A DNA stretch of 64,000 bases from Acidimicrobiia bacterium (GCA_041619515.1 JBFKDW010000003.1:18828-82827), one strand, 5' to 3'. Shown: positions 9,274 through 18,987, counted from the first letter of the stretch. Translations and numbers: made by a program. Notes: generated by a model from the letters alone, not told the origin.

Positions 9274-10104
9274 TCAGGCCAGCTGAAACACGGTGCCCAC
9301 CCGGCCGGGCACGAACTCGAACGAGTGCTCCGCTTCGGTGACCTCCCGGTTGAGGCGGTTGAGGTCCGCATCGGTGTGACCCGGATCGTGGTGGAAGCTC
9401 ACCAGCCTCCGTACGCCCGCCCGCTCGGCCAGCATCGTGGCGTGTGTGAAGCTGCTGTGACCCCATCCCACCCGTTCGACGTACTCCGAGTCGGTGTACT
9501 GAGTGTCGTGGATGAGCAAATCGGCATGCATCATCAGCGTATTTCCCGAGGTCCATTCGGGGGCGTCGGGAAACCGCTCCACCCCCAGCGCCGGCTCATG
9601 GTCGGGCAGATAGGCGACCGCGGCGAGCTCGGTATCGAGGCGATACCCCAGAGTCGTTCCCGGATGACAAACGAAGTCCGCCGTGACCGTGACCGATCCG
9701 ATCTCGAAGCCGCCGGGGCTCAGGTCGTGCACCTCGGTGTTGGGAAGCTCCCGCAGGCGAACGGGAAACAACGGTGGGGAAAGGTAGCGGCTGAGCCGCT
9801 CGGTCAGGCTGAGGGTGGTCGAGGAAGGGCCCCAGATATGGGTCTCGACGCCGGGGTCGAACAGCGGCGGGAAGAAGCCAAGGCCCTGGATGTGATCCAT
9901 GTGCAGATGGGTGAGGAGGATGTCGACCCGCCCGGCGCCGGCCACCGAACCGGAAACGAGGCGAATCCCGGATCCGGCATCGAGGAGGATCTCCTCGCCT
10001 TCCGGGCCGGTCACCTGGACGCACGAGGTGTCGCCCCCGTATTCGACGGTGTCGGGGCCGGCGGCTGCCACCGAGCCCCGCGTGCCCCACAATTCGACCC
10101 TCAT
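9274..10104 (-). CDS. MBL-fold metallo-hydrolase
   Basis: HxHxDH motif LLTHLHMDHIQG, distal His/Asp ligands (HDPGHTD). Start set at the ATG at 10104 (MRVELWGTRGS), whose ATGA overlaps the stop of the upstream PAS gene. The long N-terminal extension in the track ORF is rejected as low-complexity Arg/Gly junk. Confidence 0.8.
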   Translation of the reverse strand: MRVELWGTRGSVAAAGPDTVEYGGDTSCVQVTGPEGEEILLDAGSGIRLVSGSVAGAGRVDILLTHLHMDHIQGLGFFPPLFDPGVETHIWGPSSTTLSLTERLSRYLSPPLFPVRLRELPNTEVHDLSPGGFEIGSVTVTADFVCHPGTTLGYRLDTELAAVAYLPDHEPALGVERFPDAPEWTSGNTLMMHADLLIHDTQYTDSEYVERVGWGHSSFTHATMLAERAGVRRLVSFHHDPGHTDADLNRLNREVTEAEHSFEFVPGRVGTVFQLA

Positions 10105-10499
10105 CGCTGAGCAGACTCCCAGAACAGCGCCACCGCCCCCAGATCGCGGCCACCCTGTCCACGGATCGGAATGGCCGTGATCTCGATCTGACGCGACTGG
10201 CCCGTGTCGAGCGCCTGGATTCTCAACTCGCGATGCGCCGGATGACCTTCGGTGAGGGCGACCACCACCGGGAGCTCCTTGGTCGGGACCGGATGTCCGT
10301 CCAGGCCGGTGGTCACGAACCGGTCGGCGAGCTCCTCGGCGTTGATCTCGCCGGCCTCGTCGAACCGCCTCCCCAGGATGGCCTCGGCCGGCTCGTTGTA
10401 GAACACGAGATTGCCGTCCGCATCCATGATCCAAACTGGAATCGCGATGTGTTCCGCCCATTGCTTCAACAGAATCAGCTCGATCGGCTGCTGGGCCAT
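10101..10499 (-). CDS. PAS domain-containing protein (single-domain sensor)
   Basis: 132-aa protein MAQQPIELILLKQWAEHIAIPVWIMDADGNLVFYNEPAEAILGRRF... with a PAS-like fold signature. ATG at 10499 preceded by ggaaggag. Stop overlaps the MBL start (ATGA). Confidence 0.7.
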   Translation of the reverse strand: MAQQPIELILLKQWAEHIAIPVWIMDADGNLVFYNEPAEAILGRRFDEAGEINAEELADRFVTTGLDGHPVPTKELPVVVALTEGHPAHRELRIQALDTGQSRQIEITAIPIRGQGGRDLGAVALFWESAQR

Positions 10500-10634
10500 A
10501 CCCGCTCCTTCCAGACTCCCCCGATGGCTCGACATTACGCGCCCAACGAGCCCGATGCGAACGCACGAGGCCTGTGCGGGTTTGAATGTGGCCATGTCAC
10601 CCAGATTGCGCACCGGCGGCGTCACATCGGTGAG

Positions 10635-11090
10635 ATGACGGACAACGAAGATCTCTATCGCAAGCACGGCGACGAGTTGGTCCGGTTCGCCACCGGGCTG
10701 GTCGGGCCATTCGATGCTCAGGACGTCGTGACAGACGCCTGCTTGCGGGCCTTCCGATCGCGCAATTGGGCGGCGGTGACGAACCGTCGAGCCTATCTGT
10801 ACCGCTCGGTGCTCAACCAGGCACGATCGCATCACCGCAGCACCGTTCGGCGACGGATCCGGGAGCTGGCCACGGCGGTCCCGGGTACTTTCACCCCAAC
10901 GCTCATCGATATCGACGTCATGCGCGCCATCGACAAGCTGAGCGTGCAGCAACGGGCTGCAGTGTTTCTCACCTATTGGGAGGATCTCACGCCGGCCGAG
11001 GTCGCCGCCCGGCTCGATATCTCGGAAGGATCTGTCAAACGCCACCTCGCCCGCGCCCGGGCCCGACTCAAGGAGCTCCTCCATGACTGA
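10635..11090 (+). CDS. ECF-type RNA polymerase sigma-70 family factor
   Basis: Region 2 (DAQDVVTDACLRAFRS, YLYRSVLNQA) and region 4 HTH (LTPAEVAARLDISEGSVKRHLARARARLKE). ATG at 10635; earlier in-frame GTG starts are possible. Stop overlaps the start of the downstream gene (ATGACTGA). Confidence 0.8.
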   Translation: MTDNEDLYRKHGDELVRFATGLVGPFDAQDVVTDACLRAFRSRNWAAVTNRRAYLYRSVLNQARSHHRSTVRRRIRELATAVPGTFTPTLIDIDVMRAIDKLSVQQRAAVFLTYWEDLTPAEVAARLDISEGSVKRHLARARARLKELLHD

Positions 11091-12615
11091 CCAGATGGAT
11101 CGTCGCCTCGAAGAACTGGTCAACAAACTCGCCGACTCCGCTCCGGCGGCCCCGCCCTTTCCGCGGGCATCCGAGGCGGTGCCAACCCGCCGGGTACCCG
11201 CCTGGCTCCTGGCCACCGCGGCCGCAACCGTGGTACTGGTCATGATCGGGCTCCCGTTTCTCGTGTTCAGCGGCCGGAACGACGAGCCGGACGTGGCGAC
11301 GACAGCCGTCGATCCGACACCGACGACACTCGGCACCCCGACCACGACCCCCGAAGCCGCCGCCTGCACGCCGGCCGCCTTGAGCATCGACCCCCTCCAG
11401 GGAGACGGTGCCGCCGGCCATGTGGTCACCCCGTTGCGCTTCACGAACGTGGCAGAGAATCCCTGCATCCTGCAAGATCCGCTGGCGGTCACCGGGATCG
11501 GAACCGGTGGGGAGGAGATCACTGCCCAGCTAGGGACCTACATTCCCATCGGGAGCGACTCAGGCTCTCTGCTCCCGGCCGGGAGCTCTCGCACGCTGCT
11601 GATCGAAACCGGCACCGGATGTGTCGGCGGGTCACCGGTGGGCCCCGTGGCGGAGGCGGTCAGGATCACCCTCGCCGCCGGCACCGTGGAGGTCCCCTTC
11701 TCCGGCGACCTCGGCTGCATGTTCGCCCACTCGGGCTTCGGAGATTGGAGCGGCGAGATCAGCACACCCGCCTGTACCCCGGCTGGGCTCATCGTGTGGG
11801 CCCTGGGTGCTGAGACCGAACTCGACCGCACGGCGACTCCGTTCCGGTTCATCAATGTGTCGGGTGATCCGTGCCTCCTCGAGGGTCCCCTGGCCGTGAC
11901 CGGCATCGCCGACGACGGCCAGGAAATGCCCGCCCGACCGGGAACGTCCATCCCCATCGCCGACGACGCCGGCCCGCTGGTGGCGGCGGGCGACTCCCGT
12001 ACTGTGCTCGTCGAGGTAGGCACGGCGTGCAACGGCGGCCAGACGGTCGGACCACTCGCGCAGTTCGTGCGATTCTCGCTTCCCGGCGGTGAGGTCGTCA
12101 CGGAGTACTCGGGTGACCTCGGCTGTGACTTCGGGTTCTCCTCGTTCGGGGCGCCGACGCCCCCGGAGCCGCCCACTGCGGCAGAACGGGAGATCGTCGA
12201 GGCGCTGGTGGAGTTCGCACAGGACCCCTCCGCCACCCGCTTCGGCGCGCTGCCCCTGGCAGAGTCGGTGACGCTGACACTCGGGCCCGAGTTCGCCAGG
12301 GTGGAGTCTGCGGCCAGCCTGGCCGATCCGGGCTCGTGGGTGTTCGGTCGGCCGAGCGACGGATTCCGGGCCCGCACTGCACCGTTCTCGGCCCTCGCGC
12401 TGCTTGCCCAGCCCGGCATCAACGACATCACGGCCGGCCCGCACGATCACTGCGCCGGCCCACCCATGCCGGTTCACGACGACCTGGCCGGATTGCGGCA
12501 GATCAGCATCCAGCCGGCCGAAGCCAGCAGTTGCCTCGATTGGTGGGTGGTCGATGTGCTTCTCACCGATGGCGGCGACATCGCCGGAATCACTCTCGAC
12601 CTCTGGGAGCCCTAG
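11083..12615 (+). CDS. putative anti-sigma factor: cytoplasmic N-terminus, one TM helix, extracytoplasmic region with two tandem DUF4232-like Cys-containing repeats
   Basis: Overlaps the sigma gene stop. TM helix VPAWLLATAAATVVLVMIGLPFLVF. Two about-120-aa internal repeats (CTPAALSIDPLQGDGAAGHVVTPLRFTNV...NPCILQDPLAVTGI...GCVGGSPVGP and CTPAGLIVWALGAETELDRTATPFRFINVSGDPCLLEGPLAVTGI...ACNGGQTVGP), each ending in SGDLGC. Confidence 0.65.
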   Translation: MTDQMDRRLEELVNKLADSAPAAPPFPRASEAVPTRRVPAWLLATAAATVVLVMIGLPFLVFSGRNDEPDVATTAVDPTPTTLGTPTTTPEAAACTPAALSIDPLQGDGAAGHVVTPLRFTNVAENPCILQDPLAVTGIGTGGEEITAQLGTYIPIGSDSGSLLPAGSSRTLLIETGTGCVGGSPVGPVAEAVRITLAAGTVEVPFSGDLGCMFAHSGFGDWSGEISTPACTPAGLIVWALGAETELDRTATPFRFINVSGDPCLLEGPLAVTGIADDGQEMPARPGTSIPIADDAGPLVAAGDSRTVLVEVGTACNGGQTVGPLAQFVRFSLPGGEVVTEYSGDLGCDFGFSSFGAPTPPEPPTAAEREIVEALVEFAQDPSATRFGALPLAESVTLTLGPEFARVESAASLADPGSWVFGRPSDGFRARTAPFSALALLAQPGINDITAGPHDHCAGPPMPVHDDLAGLRQISIQPAEASSCLDWWVVDVLLTDGGDIAGITLDLWEP

Positions 12616-12670
12616 GCGGCCGCATCCCCGTTGACTTTTGACAGCCGGGCGGCCTCCGTAGCCTCCGGGC

Positions 12671-13594
12671 ATGCAGTCCGAGCCGACGGCGCGCAGCGCG
12701 TTCCTCTCCGGGTTGGTCGACTATGCCGGCCTGTTCCCTCCCGAAAGCCGCGACATGGAGGGTGCCGTCGAGGGCTACCGCGATGCCCGTGCCCTTCAAT
12801 CGTGGATGGTGAATCGCTTCATCTGCCCGGACCGCCGGCTCGAGGAGCTGGCCGGTCATCTGGGCGACGAGCCCGACCCGTGGCCCCTGTCGGTGGTGAT
12901 CACCCCCCCGTCCGGGCCGTGGAGCAAGGGCATCGCCGACTACGCCCGATCGCTGGCGGTCGTAGAGCTGGCGATGCGGGAGCGTGCCAGCTTCGAGGTC
13001 GCCGAGCTTCGCATTCCGCCCGAGCTGGTGGACGATCCGGCTCTATCGGCCATGCTTGCGAGCGTGCGGATCTCGTTGGGCGCCCTGTTCGACACCGTCC
13101 TCTTCGAAGTGTCCCTGTCGGGGAATTGGGAGGAACGGCTTGCCGTCCAGATGAGGGCCATCAGCGAATCCGGGGCCGGTGCCAAGATCCGATGCGGCGG
13201 CCGGGAGGTTGTCGACTTCCCCTCTGCCGACCAGGTAGCCACATTCATTGCCCTGGCGGCCCGTTCGGGGGTTCCGTTCAAGGCCACGGCAGGTCTCCAT
13301 CATCCCCTCCGACACTGGGACTGCGATCCCGGGGTCACTCGCCACGGCTTCCTCAACATCGTCGGGGCGGCGGTGTTCGCCCGGGCGCTCGACCTGGAGG
13401 TGTCCGAGCTGATCGAGATCGTCTCAGAAGACGAGGCCGAAGCATTCGAACTGGGCGACCTGGCCTTCCGGTGGCGGCACCGGGTGGCCACCGTCCCCGA
13501 GATCGCACGGACACGGGCAGAGCTGATGCTCGGCTACGGGTCGTGCAGCTTCACCGAGCCGGTCGCCGACCTGGTCGAATTGGGCATGCTGTAA
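12671..13594 (+). CDS. conserved hypothetical protein (no family recognised)
   Basis: 307-aa ORF with coding-like composition, no TM helices and a clean start. I cannot assign a family. Confidence 0.5.
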   Translation: MQSEPTARSAFLSGLVDYAGLFPPESRDMEGAVEGYRDARALQSWMVNRFICPDRRLEELAGHLGDEPDPWPLSVVITPPSGPWSKGIADYARSLAVVELAMRERASFEVAELRIPPELVDDPALSAMLASVRISLGALFDTVLFEVSLSGNWEERLAVQMRAISESGAGAKIRCGGREVVDFPSADQVATFIALAARSGVPFKATAGLHHPLRHWDCDPGVTRHGFLNIVGAAVFARALDLEVSELIEIVSEDEAEAFELGDLAFRWRHRVATVPEIARTRAELMLGYGSCSFTEPVADLVELGML

Positions 13595-13619
13595 CAGCCG
13601 CGCCGTCCCCCCAGAGAAG

Positions 13620-13826
13620 ATGGACGACATGACGAGACAGCAGCTGATCGACCGCAAACACGAGGTCTCGGGTCGCATTCGCAGCCTGCGGCCACGCGTC
13701 GAACGGGCTCAGCGGGAAGCCCGAACGCGACGCGACCGGGCCAACGCCGCCGCACTGCAACGGGAGCTCGAGTCGCTCATGGCTCGTGAGATGGAGCTGC
13801 GACGCCAAATCGACCGTACCCCGTGA
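13620..13826 (+). CDS. possible small coiled-coil protein (68 aa)
   Basis: Charged helical ORF (MDDMTRQQLIDRKHEVSGRIRSLRPRVERAQREARTRRDRANAAALQRELESLMAREMELRRQIDRTP) in the gap before the fumarylacetoacetase gene; weak support. Confidence 0.25.
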   Translation: MDDMTRQQLIDRKHEVSGRIRSLRPRVERAQREARTRRDRANAAALQRELESLMAREMELRRQIDRTP

Positions 13827-15126
13827 ACCGGCGGCGACGGGTACGCTCCACGGCGTGAACGCCGACCCCACCACCGATCCCCGGCTCCGAACGTGGGTCG
13901 AGGTGCCCGATGGCACGCCATTCCCCATCCAGAACCTCCCCTACGGGGTCTTCCGCCGACAGGGCGAGACAGCACGCGTCGGCGTCGCGATCGGGCAGTT
14001 CGTCCTCGACCTGGCCGCCCTGTGGGAGGCCGGCCTCCTCGAAACCGCCGAGCTCCCGGCGGGGAGCGTCCTGGCAGATTCACTCAACCCGCTTCTCGCC
14101 GGCGGTCGGCCGGTCTGGAGGCGACTGCGGGCCCGTATCTCCGAGCTTCTCGAGCTCGGCTGTCCAGAGTTGCAGGGCGTGCCCGGCCTCGCCAGACGGA
14201 GCCTCGTTCCCGTGCCTGATGTCGAGTTGCTGGCTCCCGTCGGGCCCGGGGACTACGTCGACTTCTACTCGTCACTGCATCATGCCACCAACCTCGGCAG
14301 GATGTTCCGGCCCGACGGCGATCCACTGCTCCCGAACTGGCGCCATATTCCCATCGGATATCACGGTCGTTCCTCTTCGGTCGTCGCCAGCGGCACCCCC
14401 ATCCAGCGTCCCTCCGGTCAGCTCAAGGCCCCCGACGGTCCTCCGCGGTGGGGTCCCACCGAGCGTCTCGATATCGAGTTGGAGGTCGGCTTCGTGACCG
14501 GAAACGCCAACTCACTCGGGACCAGTGTCCCGGTTGACGAGGCCGAGGATCACATCTTCGGCATCGTGCTGGTCAACGACTGGAGTGCCCGCGACATCCA
14601 GGCGTGGGAATACCAGCCGCTGGGCCCCTTCCTCGGCAAATCCTTCGCCACCTCGATCGGTCAGTGGGTCGTGAGCCTCGATGCGCTGGCGCCATATCGT
14701 GTGCCGGCCCCGCCCCAGGATCCCCCCGTCCTGCCCTACCTCACAGAGGAGAACCGGCAGGGGATCGACCTTCACCTGGAGGTGGCGCTCGCCGGCGCCG
14801 GGATGGCCAAGCCGGAAGTGATCAGCCGGGTCAACTTCTCAGAGATGTACTGGACGATGGCCCAACAGCTGGCCCACATCACCTCGAACGGCACCCCGGT
14901 GCGAGCGGGAGACCTCTATGCGTCCGGCACCGTCTCCGGTTCCGAGACCGGGACGTTCGGGAGTCTCATCGAGCTGACCAGGAACGGGACCGAACCCATC
15001 ACCCTGGCCGGCGGGGAAGAGCGACGTTTCCTAAAGGACGGCGACACCGTGATCCTCCGCGGGGAATGCGGTGGCGGCGATCGGCCCCGCATCGGCCTCG
15101 GCGAGGTCCGCGGAACCATCGTCTGA
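13786..15126 (+). CDS. fumarylacetoacetase (FAH)
   Basis: FAH N-terminal domain (FPIQNLPYGVF, cf. human FPIHNLPYGVF) and FAH-fold C-terminal domain (GTGSLIELTRNG..., DWSARDIQAWEYQPLGPF). The start may be the in-frame GTG at 13855. Confidence 0.85.
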   Translation: MRWSCDAKSTVPREPAATGTLHGVNADPTTDPRLRTWVEVPDGTPFPIQNLPYGVFRRQGETARVGVAIGQFVLDLAALWEAGLLETAELPAGSVLADSLNPLLAGGRPVWRRLRARISELLELGCPELQGVPGLARRSLVPVPDVELLAPVGPGDYVDFYSSLHHATNLGRMFRPDGDPLLPNWRHIPIGYHGRSSSVVASGTPIQRPSGQLKAPDGPPRWGPTERLDIELEVGFVTGNANSLGTSVPVDEAEDHIFGIVLVNDWSARDIQAWEYQPLGPFLGKSFATSIGQWVVSLDALAPYRVPAPPQDPPVLPYLTEENRQGIDLHLEVALAGAGMAKPEVISRVNFSEMYWTMAQQLAHITSNGTPVRAGDLYASGTVSGSETGTFGSLIELTRNGTEPITLAGGEERRFLKDGDTVILRGECGGGDRPRIGLGEVRGTIV

Positions 15127-15306
15127 AATCCACGGCAGCGGCGCCGTGCTGCCGGGATCGAGGATTTCATATCTGCATGCTGGACGTTTTGGTGCCGCAG
15201 GCCGCGGGCGTCGCAGCCGACGCCGTGGGACGGGTTCTGCCGACCGATCGGGCCCGGCGCGTGTTCCGCCGCCTCGACGTCCCAGGTTCCCGCTACATTC
15301 CAAGCC

Positions 15307-16047
15307 ATGCGGACAGCAGGGAGCGGTCGAGCCAACCAGTCCATCCAACGGCATCTGCTCGTTGCCACCACAGCCGCCGTCTCGGCAACGGTCCTCTTCT
15401 TTGTCCTCGACTTGTCTTCGGAGCTGTGGGTGGCCGAAGAGGCAGGGCGAAAGGCCGATGGAACACTCTGGCGCTACAACGTCGCAACCGGATCCATCGC
15501 GCTGCTTCTTCTGGCGGTGACCATGTCGATCGGCCCGATTCGAGTGCTCCGGGGCCGGCGCCGGCCGGCCGGTCATCTCCCGTGGCGCCGTGTGACCGGG
15601 ATCTGGACGGCCGTCTTTGCAGTGATTCATTTTCCAGGCGGGCTCGCCATTCACTCCAGCGGATGGAAGATCTGGCAGCCTTTCATGAGGATCTGGCCCG
15701 AGCCCGATCAGCTCGTGGATAGCTTCGGGGTCGCCTACTGGGCGGGGTTGGCGGCACTCGCATTCGTGATCGTTCTCGGTGTCACCTCTCGCGACGGCTC
15801 GATGCGGCGTCTGGGCGCCAAGCGCTGGAAGCGGTTACATCGGATTGCATACGTGGCAGTCGGCATGGTGGCGGTCCACAGTCTGGCGATGCAATACGCG
15901 GAAAGACGAGATCCTCGCCACGCGGCGCTGACCGCGCTGGTCCTCGTTGTCATGGTGGGGCTGCAACTGGCAGGCTTTGCCACCGTGCGGCGTCGTGCGG
16001 CCACGAAACCGGAGCCTTCCACGACGCGCCTATCGCCCCCTCAATAG
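15307..16047 (+). CDS. ferric-reductase-like transmembrane domain protein (MsrQ/YedZ-like heme b membrane protein)
   Basis: Six predicted TM helices with His in helices (VIHFPGG, VAVHSL) typical of FRD-like or MsrQ b-heme anchors. Start uncertain. Confidence 0.55.
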   Translation: MRTAGSGRANQSIQRHLLVATTAAVSATVLFFVLDLSSELWVAEEAGRKADGTLWRYNVATGSIALLLLAVTMSIGPIRVLRGRRRPAGHLPWRRVTGIWTAVFAVIHFPGGLAIHSSGWKIWQPFMRIWPEPDQLVDSFGVAYWAGLAALAFVIVLGVTSRDGSMRRLGAKRWKRLHRIAYVAVGMVAVHSLAMQYAERRDPRHAALTALVLVVMVGLQLAGFATVRRRAATKPEPSTTRLSPPQ

Positions 16048-16143
16048 CCGCTACCAGGGACCCGAAGGACGGTCGAGGCCATGACTGCTCCGAAACGGGT
16101 GACAACCCGGGGACCGCACCGGGCTCCAGCGCGGGGGTGAGGC

Positions 16144-17217
16144 TCAGCCCATGATCTCGTCGAGAGCGGCCAGCAAACGGTGGTTCTCCTCCTCGGCTCC
16201 CACCGAGATCCGTACGGCCCCTCCCACGTCACGAACGATGACCCCCCGCTTCTGGAGGGCTTCGAAGAGCTCGGTGGCCGGCATCGGGGGCCGGACGTAC
16301 ACGAAGTTCGCCTGGCTCTGAGCAGGCACGAGCCCGAGCCGGGACAGCCCGTCGACGATCAGCTGCCGTCCGGCGCGGTTCGCCTGCCTGCGCTCTGCCA
16401 CCAGGTCCTGGTGCTTGATCGCCTCGATGGCCGCCACCTGGGCCAGGCTGCTGACCGAGAAGGGCAACTGGATGCGGCGCAGCTCGTTGAGTGTTTCCGG
16501 CCGGCCGATGAAGTATCCGGCTCGCAGGCCCGCCAGACCGTAAGCCTTGGAGAAGGTGTGGGCGACCACCACGTTTTCTCGCCGCAGCGCCCACGGGCGG
16601 GCCGTGGAGAAGTCTCCGGCGGTGACGAACTCGTTATAGGCCTCATCGATCACGACGAGGACACGGCTCGGAACCGCCGCCACGAATGCATCGATTGCCT
16701 CGGCAGCGAGGTGCGTGCCCGTGGGGTTGTTGGGATTGCACACGTAGACCACGCTCGTGTCGGCTCGGATGGCGGCCAACATCTCATCGAGATCGTGGCG
16801 AAGCTCCGGGTCGAGGGGCACTTCGATGCCCTCGGCCATGGCCAGCCGGGTGGCGATCCGGTACAACCCGAAGCTGGGGGCGGCATAGACCGCGCTCGTG
16901 CCCGGCCCGCCCACCGCCAGCGCGGTGACATACATCAGCTCGTTGCTGCCCCCGCCCAGCCATAGCTGGTCTTCGGCAACGTCAAGGAAATCCGCCAATG
17001 CGGCCCGCAGATCGACGGTGCCATTGTCGGGATAGCGGTTCACTCCCGACGCCGCCCGTGCCACAGCCTCCACTACGGGCGGGAACGGCGGGTAGGGGCA
17101 CTCGTTGGAAGCCAGCTTGATCACCGTTTCGAGCCCGAAATCGCGCCGAACCTCGTCCGGGGTTCGTCCAGGCTGATACACGGGTATGGCGCCCAGATCT
17201 GGCCGAAACGTTGGCAC
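16144..17217 (-). CDS. hisC: histidinol-phosphate aminotransferase
   Basis: HisC N-terminus (PDLGAIPVYQPGR, KLASNECPYPP); PLP lysine motif FSKAYGLAGLRAGY; 357 aa. Confidence 0.9.
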   Translation of the reverse strand: MPTFRPDLGAIPVYQPGRTPDEVRRDFGLETVIKLASNECPYPPFPPVVEAVARAASGVNRYPDNGTVDLRAALADFLDVAEDQLWLGGGSNELMYVTALAVGGPGTSAVYAAPSFGLYRIATRLAMAEGIEVPLDPELRHDLDEMLAAIRADTSVVYVCNPNNPTGTHLAAEAIDAFVAAVPSRVLVVIDEAYNEFVTAGDFSTARPWALRRENVVVAHTFSKAYGLAGLRAGYFIGRPETLNELRRIQLPFSVSSLAQVAAIEAIKHQDLVAERRQANRAGRQLIVDGLSRLGLVPAQSQANFVYVRPPMPATELFEALQKRGVIVRDVGGAVRISVGAEEENHRLLAALDEIMG

Positions 17218-17331
17218 GGGTACCTCCAGCCGCGCAGCCTAACCGAGCGCCGGCGTCACCCGGCCCGAGGAGGGGTCAATAACCGCCATGCAGGTGCCGA
17301 TGAGAACCCCGAGCGAAACAAGGGCCTTTTC

Positions 17332-18987
17332 GTGACGACCCCGCCCGGCGAGCCGAACCGAGAGTCCAGGTTGGTTCAGGCCAACCTGGCGCTGCGCCGT
17401 GAGCTGGAAGAGCTGCGCCAGGATTTGGTTCGAGACCGGACCGCCCTCGAGACACGCCTCGGCCAGGCGATCGGCGAACGAGACCACGCCCTCGCCGCCC
17501 TCGACAAGAAGGCGGAGGCACTCGCCCACATGAGCCATGAGCTGCGCACTCCGATGAACGGAATCCTCGGGATGACCCGACTGGCACTGCAAACCGAGCT
17601 CTCGGAAAAGCAACGCGACTACCTCGAGGTGGTCAACTCGTCGGCGGATGCCCTGCTGACGCTCATCAACGACATCCTCGACCTGTCCAAGCTGGACGCC
17701 GGCAGGCTCACCCTCGAAGCCATTCCATTCGACCTGCGCGACACGGTCCACAATTCGCTCAAATCGGTCGGTCCGCTGATCGCCGAAAAGGGCCTGACGG
17801 TGGAGGTCACGATCGTCGAAGAGGTCCCGGCGGTTCTCGTCGGTGACCCGGGCCGGCTGCGCCAGATCATCCTCAATCTGGTCTCCAATGCCGTCAAGTT
17901 CACCGAAGATGGGACCGTTCGGGTGGCGGTCGAGCCACAGCAGGCAGCCGGCGAGGAGGTTCGCCTGCATTTCCGGGTCTCCGATGAGGGCATCGGCATC
18001 CCCGCCGGCCGTCTCGAAGCGATCTTCGAGCCATACCTCCAGGCGAGCGACAGCACGGCTCGTGAATTTGGCGGGACCGGGCTGGGACTGGCGATCTGCC
18101 GCGATCTCGTCGGCATGATGGGCGGCAAGATCTGGGCCGAGAGCGTGGAAGGCACCGGCTCGACCTTCCATTTCACGGCCCAATTCGGTTCGGCCGCTGC
18201 CGCAGGCGACGAGACGCTGGCCGCCATCGACGAGCTCGCCAACCTGCAGGTGTATGTGCTGGCTCCCGAGAGCGCAGCGTATGTGATCGCTCAGCAACTG
18301 GACCCGGCCGGCATCCGGCCGTCGCTGTTCCATAGCCTGGAGCCCGCTCTCACCGCCCTCGCCGGGCACAAGCCCGACATCGCCATCATCGATATCGATC
18401 AGCACTCGCTCGCTGAGGTCGCCAAGCTCGACCAAGAGATCCGTACCATCGTCGTGACGTCCTCGGGCCAGCGAGGGGACGCCGCTCGCTGCCGTCAGCT
18501 CGGTGTCGCCGCCTACCTCACCAGGCCACTCGGACCGCTCGACCTGCGCGATGCCGCCAGAGCGGTCATCAACCGGGCCGACGAGACGCTCATCACCCGC
18601 CACTGGCTACGCGAGCACCGGCCCCGGCTGCGGGTGCTGGCCGCCGACGACAGCGCCTCGAACCGGCTCATCATCACCCAGATGCTCGAGCTGCAGGACC
18701 ACGACGTGGTCACCGTCTCCGACGGCAGGGAGGCGCTGGATACCTACGACGACGGCCTCTTCGATGTGATCGTGCTCGACATGGAAATGCCGAACATGTC
18801 CGGGACCGAGGCCGCCAGAGCCTTGCGGGAGGCGGGTGTGGAGCTGCCGATCATCGCGCTCACCGGCCACTCGGCACCCGACCAGATTCAGAAGTGCCTG
18901 GATGCGGGAATGACCGCCCACCTCGGAAAGCCGTTCGAGTTCGACGAGCTGATCGACACCGTCGAGTCGGCAGTGAAGGCGGCGTGA
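17332..18987 (+). CDS. hybrid sensor histidine kinase/response regulator (HisKA + HATPase_c + receiver domains)
   Basis: H-box HMSHELRTPMNGILGM; N, G1 and G2 boxes (LVSNAVKFT, DEGIGI, GTGLGLAICRDLV); C-terminal receiver domain (RVLAADDSASNRLI...DVIVLDMEMPNMSG...KP). GTG start at 17332. Confidence 0.9.
   Translation: MTTPPGEPNRESRLVQANLALRRELEELRQDLVRDRTALETRLGQAIGERDHALAALDKKAEALAHMSHELRTPMNGILGMTRLALQTELSEKQRDYLEVVNSSADALLTLINDILDLSKLDAGRLTLEAIPFDLRDTVHNSLKSVGPLIAEKGLTVEVTIVEEVPAVLVGDPGRLRQIILNLVSNAVKFTEDGTVRVAVEPQQAAGEEVRLHFRVSDEGIGIPAGRLEAIFEPYLQASDSTAREFGGTGLGLAICRDLVGMMGGKIWAESVEGTGSTFHFTAQFGSAAAAGDETLAAIDELANLQVYVLAPESAAYVIAQQLDPAGIRPSLFHSLEPALTALAGHKPDIAIIDIDQHSLAEVAKLDQEIRTIVVTSSGQRGDAARCRQLGVAAYLTRPLGPLDLRDAARAVINRADETLITRHWLREHRPRLRVLAADDSASNRLIITQMLELQDHDVVTVSDGREALDTYDDGLFDVIVLDMEMPNMSGTEAARALREAGVELPIIALTGHSAPDQIQKCLDAGMTAHLGKPFEFDELIDTVESAVKAA

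Noticed and set aside
12631-13632. 333-aa plus-strand ORF (Arg/Gly/Pro-rich) overlapping the 12671..13594 ORF in another frame
   Set aside because: Extreme Arg/Gly/Pro composition with no domains; the alternative frame gives a balanced, coding-like protein.
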